Assembly (NCBI GenBank): GCA_008369845.1
Contig: MRSU01009678.1
Location: forward strand, 1 to 48,988
DNA from: Trichomonas gallinae
Lineage: Eukaryota
Length of the DNA: 48,988 nucleotides
Direction: 5' to 3'
Position 1 is the stretch's first letter. The number at the start of each line of letters is the position of its first letter. The position numbers and the translations under genes were made by a program. Positions 9,679-20,800 of this stretch are shown here, one piece after another. The notes under the pieces are model-generated. The model saw nothing but the letters and a program-made list of their open reading frames with translations. It did no database searches and was not told the origin of the DNA.

Positions 9679-9915
9679 ATGGATTCGAGAACAACGCACA
9701 GACCTTTATTTTCTATTTTGGATGCCCCTATCCCAATGGTCAACAGAGATGCTTTTCCAATCGACCCATCCTCCATCGGACGCTCACTCCCTCGTCCATG
9801 CCGCCCCATGGGCCAGATTAATCCTCTGTATGCAAATAGGACAATAAAAGCTTCGCCAACTGAGCGAAGTGAAGGAGTTTATTGTTGTCAACAACCAGTT
9901 ATTGTTTCGATTTAA
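9679..9915 (+). CDS. Small Pro-rich hypothetical protein (78 aa)
   Basis: ATG-initiated ORF that is clearly more GC-rich than its flanks, has upstream M3-like motifs, and ends in TAAA (the trichomonad stop/poly(A)-signal overlap). No domain recognised. Confidence 0.55.
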   Translation: MDSRTTHRPLFSILDAPIPMVNRDAFPIDPSSIGRSLPRPCRPMGQINPLYANRTIKASPTERSEGVYCCQQPVIVSI

Positions 9916-10670
9916 ACTATCTTGTAGTATGATATCAAATATCAATCTTCAAATCGCCAAATTCTTTTACCATTTGTTTGTATAGCTTCAGACTTTTACT
10001 CTCAACAGTCTATTTTTTTATTTACAAATTCTAAATACTTTGGAGAAATTTTCCATGGCATATGTATTTGTCATGTAAAAAAAATATGACAATGTAAAGC
10101 TAATTTGTCATTTTGCTAATTTGCTATAAACAGAATGAGTTTGCCTAAGTCAATCTTGAAATTTCATGAGACATGACTAAATTATATTCACATTATGCAC
10201 TTCAAAACATAATGAAGCATGAATATCAGTTTAATTTTTTGAGTAATATCAATGGATCTTTACTACAAATGAAATTACAATAGATGCTTTTTTCCATCAA
10301 AATAATAGGTTAAAAACCCTTTAATAAGTAATCAAATAATTTTTTTCATTTTTGAAACTAATTTTTATAAAGAATCAATAGGTATCCCACAAATTTTTAA
10401 CCACACTGTAGAAGATCGAATGTATATTGATAAAATAATATTAAAAATCTATATTTTGATATTAGGAATCTATATATAAACTATACGTAATGATTATGAT
10501 GTATTTATATGCATAACAATGTTTATTTCATTAAATATAGATTCAAAAAAATATAAAACTCGATTTTCAGATAAAATTTAATCGGCCAAAATGAATTTTT
10601 AGGACTATAGATATATAATATTCGCTCAAAACGAATAAAATTTCGCGAAGTACGTTTTAAAATAAAATCG

Positions 10671-11654
10671 ATGACTGATGATGTCGATGCAGAAAAAGCT
10701 TTGAAGAATTTCATACAGTACGGACAGTTCCCTTTAGCCCATATTTTCGAAAGAGTCGTTCGTGTTTGTTTTAAAAAGAAAATTCTCTGTGTTTTAGATG
10801 GAGATTATGATAAAGCTTCACTTTATGACATAACAATATCAAAACTATCGCAATTATTGGCTGATAACCAGCTTGGCTATAAAATAGACGAAATTAAAGC
10901 AAAAGATGAAAGACGAATTGAAGAATTACAAGAAAGAATCAATATAACGAATGAAATATATCAAAAACGTATTAACAACATCGAAAAAGACTATAAAAAT
11001 AGAGTAGAATCATTACTTGACCGTCAGGAAAAAGAGCAAGATTATTTCGAAGAAAAATGGAACAGTCCACTTAATTACGCGAAATATTCGAAGCCTTCGA
11101 ACAGTCTCCTACAGCTGAGATACATAGAGAGAAAACAGGCAATTTTTAAAGACTACGAAGATGCTAGAAAGACTAAGATGGAAGCAGATAGATTGCAGAA
11201 AATAGAAGAAGAAGCTGCACACGAGCTGATGCAGAATAATATGAATAAAGCATATCAAAGACTTGTTACCAGACAAGATAATGATGTGAAAAAACTTAAT
11301 GATTTGGGGAATAGGGCTATAAATGATGTAAAAAGGCAACTGGAGTATGAAATAGAATGTATACAGAAAGCAATTAAAAACATTCAGAGAAAAGAAGGGA
11401 AAACAATCAACAAACGAATGCATTCATTATCTCCACACTTAATGAATACAAATCAGACATTTAGTGCTGCAAATGGTGAAGAAAGTGATGAATTTAGCTT
11501 TTTATCACCTAGAACAGCATCTTTATATAGTATTTTCCGAGATGCTGATCCAAATGAATTAAATGTACAACCACCAACACTAGAAAGACTTGACGAAATC
11601 ATTAACGATGAGATGAGCAGGCCTTTAAAAATAATTCCCAAAAAATTAAAATAA
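10671..11654 (+). CDS. Hypothetical coiled-coil protein
   Basis: 327-aa charged helical ORF containing KYSKPSNSLLQLRYIERKQAIFKDYEDA. Stop overlaps TAAA. Confidence 0.8.
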   Translation: MTDDVDAEKALKNFIQYGQFPLAHIFERVVRVCFKKKILCVLDGDYDKASLYDITISKLSQLLADNQLGYKIDEIKAKDERRIEELQERINITNEIYQKRINNIEKDYKNRVESLLDRQEKEQDYFEEKWNSPLNYAKYSKPSNSLLQLRYIERKQAIFKDYEDARKTKMEADRLQKIEEEAAHELMQNNMNKAYQRLVTRQDNDVKKLNDLGNRAINDVKRQLEYEIECIQKAIKNIQRKEGKTINKRMHSLSPHLMNTNQTFSAANGEESDEFSFLSPRTASLYSIFRDADPNELNVQPPTLERLDEIINDEMSRPLKIIPKKLK

Positions 11655-11863
11655 ATATTTTGTTTGTATCTTTTATCAACATGACGATATTTCATTCCAC
11701 TACTTCAATATATGTATGAGGTTTCATATTAAGTTCAATATATCATTACGATATTATAACAAGGAATATATATAATAGAAACTTGATAAAATGCTGGTAT
11801 TATTTTCGATAATTAAAATACAAATAGTTTATAAAAAACAAAATAATATAAAAAATAACAATG

Positions 11864-14800
11864 TTAATCTAGTGAAATTACTGTTGAAACATCAACAATC
11901 TGTGGCGAGATCTTAATGTTAGTATTTGCGTGAATGAAAAGTTTTGTGTTAGATTTCCATTCTTTGTTGTACGAATTCTGTAAAAACTTGTTTAGCTCAG
12001 AGAGTTTGTCTGTGTTATCAGTGAATAATGAAATCACAGCAACTTCCGCTTTATCAATTTTCTCTTGAACTTTGGATAATTCTGTATTTGTGTCTGTTTC
12101 GTCTGTTATAAAGAAAAAGTTTGAGCTTGGAATGTTAAGTGATGTGAAGAAAGAAGCTGATGTTGCCAAATTTTCGCAATGAGCTAGAATCACATTTGAC
12201 CAGGAAACAGCCTGCAAAGGATCCAAACTTGTAATGCCTTTGAATTCAGCAAATTTGCTCCTGTGTTTCTTAGCCATTGTCGATGCCATACTTGCAGCGA
12301 AGAACTCGAATACATCCGATTGTTTGTCCCAATGCGATAAAATCTTGTCGACTTTGTGAAGAGGGAAGATATATAATGGAATGATTTTTGTCGCTGATTG
12401 AAGTTTTCCGCACAAATCAACGATTTTTGCAGCTTTCTCTCTGACCCACGGCTGACTGTCTAAAGCATGTTCGCCAACAACCTTCGCATCTCTTACAGCA
12501 TTTTCAGCATTCATCAACAGCTCTGCCTGTAATTCTGGATCTCTTAACAAATCTGCGCGTGTTGAGTGGATCTCTTTGATTTGTGTAAATAATGCTTGCA
12601 GTGACAAAAATAGATTCTCTCGTTGCTGAATTACGCTGATTTCCGCACTCTTCAGTTTTTCAGCGAGTTCAAGAATGGAATTGTCATTCGCTAATATTGA
12701 TTCAATGTGAGCTTTCTCCATATCCAGTTCAGCAATGAAGCTCATCATAGGAGGCATCCAAAGAGGAGGTCTGTCAACAATCAAAATAGCTTTGAAGTCG
12801 CGATCAATGGAAATGTTGTATGATCCTAAAATCGCTGAAGTTACAGCACTATTTGCAACAGCGCAGAAAAACTGAGAGTCAACGAGTCTGTCTGCGTGTT
12901 TTATGACAATAATTGAGCCTTCTTCGGCCGCTTTCATTATCTTCATCTCCGTGTCTTCTTCGTTCATTTCTGTGTACAAAATTGTTAAATGTGAAATGCA
13001 TTCAGCCGGTTTTCCTGTTTTCATGCCGGTGACAATTTCTGCAACACCATATGGATCATAAACTGAAATAATTCTGTCGCCAGATAATATTGCCGTGCAA
13101 ATTGGATCTTGTGTGTTTATGATTGTCTTTACATCAACGAAGAATTTTGTATCGTAAAAGTTAGAAGACATCATTTCATTGAAATCATTGTCCAATTTTT
13201 GCAAAGCAGCAGGATCGAAAAGTGGTCTTAAAACCTGTTCGTAGACAGTTTTGAGTACAAAGTTCTCTGAGTTCTTTCCTGTTTCTCTTTCTCCAATTCT
13301 GAACTCTTGCAAACTTTCCTTCAAGTCTGGGAATATCTTGACAAGTTTCTTGGAAATTGATGCAAACAATGTAATGTTTTCTAACAATCTTTCTTCGTTG
13401 TTAATCTTCTCAATTAAATCATGTAGAGACTTCGTTAACAGTTCTTCATCTTCTTTGGCTTTTTTGAGTCTTTCTCTGAGATTTTCGATGACTTCTTCTT
13501 TGCGGCTTTTCTGTATTAACAGTTCTGACATCTTAGGGACAACATTTGGATTAAAGTTTGTTCTCTTCGTGTGCAAATGTATTGCTTTGAGCCACAAAGC
13601 GAAATTGTAGCATGGTGAGTTAGTCGTGAAATTGTTTTCATCGACTTTCTGCATTGCAACATCAAACTTTTCGATATTATCTTTCGGAATATCATTGGGA
13701 TTAAATATTGCGATTGCGTTTGGAATTCTTCCTGATTTTAGAATTCCACGAGCTTCAGGCCAGAATCCATCATTGCTTCTTGGAGTTAAACCGATTAAAG
13801 TGCAATAAGCGGCAAACAAGTTTTGTATGTTTTCTGATGGTGTCTGCTGCATGAATAATTTATATTGTTCATCAGCGTTAAATGATTTCTGTGCTTTTCT
13901 TTGCGCTTTCTTATAAGCGTCAATTGTCTTAGAACCATCTTTCTCCATGTAATTCACAAGTTGTGTGTTGTTGTCTAATATTGTTTGATACTCTGATTCA
14001 GCTTTGGCCAATTCGCCGGTGAAATTCGTAACAACTGTGTGAGCGTTTTGTACTGCGACTTCAGCGGATACTTTCATTGTCGTGTCAATTCTTATCTGTT
14101 CTTTGAGTGACTGCATTCTTCCTTCGAAATCTTTGAGTGCGCTTTCAATTGACTCGATGACAGTCATAACCTCATTCAAGAACGTGTGGCGCTGCTCAAT
14201 AAATGATTTCAGTTTCTCTGTCAAATACTTATGGCACAAATTAACTCTTGGAAACTGAGCAATAACAGGAACAAGAGCTGATATGTTGTGAGAAGAAACA
14301 ACTTTCAAGAGTTTGTTGATTCTTTGGTCAGTCGTTTCAGTCAATGTGTTGTGCTTGTCCCAAATCTGGAAATGGCCATGGCAGAAATAAGGGATTTCAT
14401 TCAATGATTGAACACTGAAAATGAAGTGAGTATTAATCAGCATATTAAACTTATAATGATTAAAATCATCTTGGCTGACATTCATCTTTGCTTTGTCTGT
14501 TTCAACTGGGCGTGCTAAGTTCGAATAAGGGAAAGTATTTCCTAGTGGACTCTCTGGTAGATACTGATCGTTATTTTTGATCAAATTTAGGTAACTATAT
14601 TGGTTGCTTTTAAGTCCGCATGCAATTAAGTTGACTAACGCTGGATCTGGTTTCCTGCAGTAAACAACTGTCAGCTGATTTGAGAATATAGAGTCATGTA
14701 TTAAAGAAGGAATCTGTTGTTGCGAATTGTAGATAACGAACTTTGCTGATAATGCAGAACTCATGAATTTCGTGATTGTTTCGTAATCAACAATTAAATC

Positions 14801-17800
14801 GTTGACAACAATAGCGCTTGTTCTCGGCATGAAGAAGATATTCAACAAGAATTCGCAGTAATTAAACATTACAGGACTTGTTGTGAGTTTGTGAGCGAAC
14901 ATGCATAAAGATGGAATAAGGGATCGTTCGAATTGATCTTGAATTGTATTAGTAACATATCTAAATGTTTTCGTGCCTGTTTGTTGAACGTTCACCATGT
15001 CGTAAACGAAGTTCTTAGATGGAACACGCATCTCTACGTGAGGAGCAATATCAAGTAATCTTTGGAACCAGAAATCTTGGATGTTCGTGTTTCTGTTGAA
15101 TTCGAGCATCGAAATTGATCTGATGACAGTGAAGAAATATCTTAAAAAGTCAGGTCCTGATTTTCTGATTGTGTAAATCAGTTCGACAATGCTTCTCGAC
15201 ATCATCTGCATTGTTTGCTGTATATATGGTTGCGGAGTGTTGTTAGCAACTAAAATCCTCATCATTGTTTCGACTGCAATGAATTTCAGGCACTCGTCTG
15301 TATAAGGCTGTATTCTGTAAGGGAAGCAGCAAGTAATTATTGGATATGAGGCATCCTCCAAAACTAAAATGAAGAAAATTTTCGAGAATGAAATAACTTC
15401 GTTTTTGATTATAGCACAGCCAGTCTTAATCATGCTTAAAATTGTACCGTATATTTCACCTTCTGGTTTCATTGGATCAGCGACAACAATAATGTTATTT
15501 GCAACTTTAGGCTCAACAATTCCGTCAACACTTGTTGTGCAGTAGCTCATTAATACTTGCAAAAATGATTCAGGTGTTGCATTGTATCCATCGATTCTCA
15601 AAACCTGATAGTCTGGTCTTAAAAAGAACTGAGATTCAACGTAATCGATGATGGTTGTCTTTCCTGATGCTGGTGGACCTATTATAGCGATGTGATTGCC
15701 AGATTGTATGATTTTAGGAATGATTTCTATTCCGTGGATAAACTGTGGTGTTGGAATGTTTGTCAAAGAAATAGGTCCATTGACAGCTTTGTTGTATTGA
15801 GTGTGCAAGCTATTATCGAATTGATAAATCTTGGTATTATTGTAAACATTAGCCAAAGTGAATTGATCTTGTGACCTTGATGTTGATAAATCATAGAATG
15901 GCGTTGTATGCGAGAAATTAGGAATTTTGTTCAAAATAAATGTTGAATATTCTTTCCAATTTTCTTCTTTGACGAATGAATATGAATTAGACCAATAAGC
16001 GCAGTAAGCAATCAAATTATTGATGGCAGCTGGTTTCTGCGGAGGAAGTTTAGATAAAAATGTTGAAAATAAGCTGAAGAAAATTGCAATTTGAATGTTC
16101 GACTGAATCAAATTCGAAACGAAATCCTTGATGTATTCAGCTGTCTCTACATCCAGTGTGAAATTGGCATTGGCGAGCCAATAAGACAACAGTTCACCAG
16201 ACCTGACAAGAGGGGTGTTAAACGATATAATAGGAATAGCAATTAATTCAGTTGTCGCCATTGGTGTCATAACTTCGAAAATCAAAGTTGCGTTTTCAGG
16301 AATCTTTAACAAACTCTGCTGCCCTTCGCATAAAAATGAGCCGAAAGCAAGTGCTGAAACATGTGAAAGGAAAGATCTGTCGAATATTGTTGTGACATGG
16401 AAAATTGTTTTCTGTGAATCCAATCTTGTGAATGTTTCATTGATGACTTTCACCCAGTTTGGCGATGATATTGCCACTGCTGTATATTTAACTCCCATTG
16501 CTTTAGCTGCTGCCATGATACAAGTGGATGTGCCTGAAAATTGTTGGCCTTTAACTAATATCATCTTCTTGCCTTGCTGCAATGCTTTCATTATTTTATG
16601 AACACCTATCAAGAAATCTGTTGTTGATATTATAGATTTGACAACAGGAATGAAAACATTTTCATCGATTCCATCAGACTCATCTATTGTATCCTTGACT
16701 AAGTCATAAACATTTTGTGGTAAAATTGGAGAAAAGTCTGCAATGAAATTCAAATCGAAAGCAACTTTTTCTTGGTGCATCTGGTCTTCAATGTATTTCA
16801 AAATCGAATAAGGATGGACATAATTTGACAGTGTTGTTGCAGCGAAGTTAATTGCTTCTGGCTGATAAGGATATAATGACTGACCGGCCATCAAAACATG
16901 TTCTTTGAATGCATCACTTGAAATAGTGAACAAAACTTTGCCGACAGACAAAATTGGTAGAATATCTTGTGTAGTGACAGTCAAGAAGAAAGGCTCTTTA
17001 ACAAGCATAGCCAGTTGGAACATCTGCTCGTGTGTGAGCATCTCTGTGTCCGTGAAGCATGTCCAAATGTTGATGGAATTCAGCATTTTAATTATAGACG
17101 ATAGCCTGCTGATTGTTGACGTCATCGTTGCATGTATGATTGAGCAGTATCTACCGCAAATGTAAGAAAACTGCTGGCATATCAATGATGATGTTGAATA
17201 CATCTCAGAGGCAATGAGTAGTGGATCTGTTTGACGGTTTGAAAGCAAATCTGCTATGATTGCCAATGAAATTTTTGTGAAAAGAATTGAGTTCGCGTAA
17301 GATAATTGGAACATGTATTCAATAGATTTGTCATTGAACTCAATGAAAACTTTTCCATCTTCTTTAACTTTCGCTGATGGATAAATTGCTTCTTCTGTCG
17401 TTAAACTTTGTTTCAATGTTTCCAAAATCTTCCTTTTCTCGAACATCATCAAGCCTGTGTCAATGTCAAATAATGGATCAGCCAGCTGTCTTAAAATCAA
17501 AAGTTGTATTGGAACTTTCGATGCATCGATTTCTCCGTTGTAGTATTTCATGAAAACAGCTCTCATTGACTTTGTAATTTCATCCTCCAGTTTGGGAATC
17601 AATGATAAAACGTCACCTTTTGTGCTTGTTCCGTTGATTAGCTCCAGTTCGTCGTCAAGGCTTAATTTCAATTTCGTGATTTTGTTTTTGTCGCAAATCA
17701 AATCGACAATTCCTGGGAATATTGTTGGAATGATTGCAAGCTTTGTCTGCAGGTCATCAGAAAACACGTGAATGATCTTTGAATCAGGGACAAGCAGCAA

Positions 17801-20800
17801 TCTTGGGATTTTCTCTCTGAACTTCGTCAAAGCAGTAATGAAGCTTTCTTGGACTGTCTTGAGCAAACTCTTGATTTGTCTAAGTGTCGACATCGTCATT
17901 TCTTTCTCGGCGAACTGAAGGATTAAAGGATTGTGTTTAAGATCTTTGATGATTTCATTGAATGAGTTCAATGCTTTGTTGAAATCAGTAACGTCGACTT
18001 CAACACCTGTTACATTTTGTATAGGCTTCAATTCTTTGATAAATTGTTGTATTGAAGCAACGATTTCTATAGTAACAGTGATTAAAGTTAACTGGTCAAC
18101 GATCGATAAAGCTTTCTTCCTCTTCTTTTCTTCAATGTTATCAGTAGATGAAATCATAAGCATCTCATTATTCGTTGTTCGACATTCAGATATAATGTTA
18201 GGAATGTTAATGATTTCATCTTTCTTGAATTCAAATTGGCATGTCTTGATGTATGTTTGTGCGTTGATGATCTCGAAGTCTGCTTTATCTTCGAGTTTAG
18301 CCTGTTTATAAAGTCTGTCGATTTGATCCAATTTTTCTGAAATTTTGCTTTGTATTAAATAACCCATCGTCCTGGATTCAAATTGGTCATCGCCGATGAT
18401 AGCAACGATATCTTCTCGGTGATTTTGGAGTAGTTTTGGTGTAAGCGATTGTGTGCATCCTTTGAATATCGGAATCATATGTTCTATGTCGTTTTTAGTC
18501 GAAATCAATAGTTTCAAAGAATTCTTATCTTGTCTAAATGATGCTGTCAATGATCTTAATTGTTTCAGCCATGCGCTGCATGTTTCTTTTGCTTCATTGT
18601 AATCAATTGTTGACATTACTGCTTTATGCCATCTGTCTATTTGATCCTGAGAGATTTTAACAATACTCCATAAAACTACTCTCGGTGAAGCGAATTTTGT
18701 GAAATCATATTCTTGGAACTCTTCATGCAATTGTAGTAATTGACTGAGCTTTTCTTCCAAATGTCTTATATATTCTCTGTTCTGCTGTATTTCTGTCACA
18801 TCTTTAGAATTCTTGATCCTATCATGTCTCAACGCAATTTCATCTTGAAATTGTTTGATTTGTGCTTCATTGTTTTTCAAATATTCATCTTTCGTTTCTA
18901 ACAATAAAGCTATAGCTTTTCCAAGCTCTATGTCTGTCAGTACTGGCCACATCAGAATGTTCATCTCTTTGGCAAGATCTTTAAAGTCGTGTCCATAGGA
19001 GAGAGAAAATAGCAAATCATTTAATTTGTTGATTTCTTTCGCTTCTTCTTCAAGTTTTTCTCTGGCGCGAATTGACCCGAAAACGGTTGATTTCAGCATC
19101 GCCCACTGCTGTGGAGCGTTTGGTTGTCTTTTCAGCTCATTCGTGAGATCAGTGTAATCTTGGTGTAATTTGTCAATTCTTTCGACAAACTCGGAATGAA
19201 TTTTCGATAGAACATCATTTCTATGTTTATCTACTGAATCAATGATGTTTTTCTTCAATGTCGTGAAAACAAGTTTCGCGAAACAAAGCCATATTTCGCT
19301 TGGATAATTCATCAAAAACGTGTCTTTATCTTTTTGTATTTTCATTATGTAATCATATGTATCTTGAACTGAAACATTTTTGAGGTTAGTGAAATACTTT
19401 GTTCCTCGTTCGGCGTATGCCAGTATTGTTGGGAAGCAGTTATATATTTTTTGCATTTGTTTAGCTAAGATTGTTCTGTAAATTTCTGTTGTTGGATCAA
19501 CTGATTCAATAAGTTCATGTTCTTTGAAATTATTTTTAGGTGGAATCAATTCTGATAAATTGTTATCTATACAAAAACCTTCAAATCTTGATGTCAGCAA
19601 TGTTCTTGATATTTCTGTTGTAGTTCTATCAAAAACCATTCTAAGTGGGCTCTGCATGTTAATTATTTCGTCGACTAAACAATAAAAATAATCGTAAATG
19701 CATTTGCGAATTTGTTCACGATTCGTGTGCAATTCTATAATAATAAAAGGTTTCTTCATCGATATTGATTTGTCTGAAACGGTTTGATCGATAGTAGTGA
19801 ATCCATCAACAGTGATTTCTTTAGGTTCTGTGAAGTTTACTGGATAATTCAACATCTCAGTGAAGAAATTCAAGTTAAACTCTATCAAATCTATTGCGAA
19901 TCCAATCAATATTATTCTCAAGTAATTTTTGAACTTGTAGAAATGTGTTTCCGTAGATGTGTTGAAAAATTGAAGTGGTGGGTGTTCTTTAGGCAAAAGC
20001 TTGATTTTTTCTGTTTCATAAATTTCAATTTCTTCGCCAATATTTTTAGCTATTGATGCAGCAATACTATCAACCAAATTGTCCAGTAGCATTCTTATAT
20101 CTTTCCTATATGATTCCATCAATCCAAGCCATCCTTCAAGATCATGTTGTTCGTTTTCGAAAAATGTTATAATATAATTCATGATTTTTCGCTGCTGAAG
20201 GTAAATTAAATCGTAAACTTTCTGGCAAACCATGTTATATGACGGCGAGGAAACTAAATTTATTGTATTGCTAAGCTTTTTAAGTGATTTTGCATAATCA
20301 GTGTCAAGGAGGAAAGGAAAAGATACTTCTGAAGGCGAATAACAATTAATGTCGCCGCCTACACGATTTATTAGATCAAACAAATCATCTTGCTGGTGTA
20401 GTTTAGCCATGCCTCGAAATATCAGCATTTTCTGGACTCGGCCAATTTCACTTTTTGCTTCATCATTTAGAGTGTTATAGAATTTTTTGGCAAGAAAATC
20501 GAGTAGATCTGGTGGATCTGGAATGGAGTCTAAAAAGCAGTCTGTAATCATTAATTTCTCGAATTCTTCTCTGCATTGTACTGATAATTTTTGTCGATAT
20601 TCTAATACTTCTTGGCTTTCATCGATAAAGCGAATTTTGAAGCGTGATAAGTTTTTTATTAGTGGTTTATCATCGAATGTTTCGACTTGAAAGAGAAAAT
20701 TCTCTTCGTTGAAGGCATTAATTCGAACTAAATGCCATTGGAATTTATTTGTGTTTCCGACGAAGTAGGCACTTCCTATTGCTGGTAATCCTTTAGTTCT

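Noticed and set aside
12190..20690. Many short ORFs within the dynein gene (and similar ones within RecQ, GAF, MON2 and UGGT)
   Set aside because: They are antisense or off-frame shadows of long CDS, mostly with non-ATG starts.
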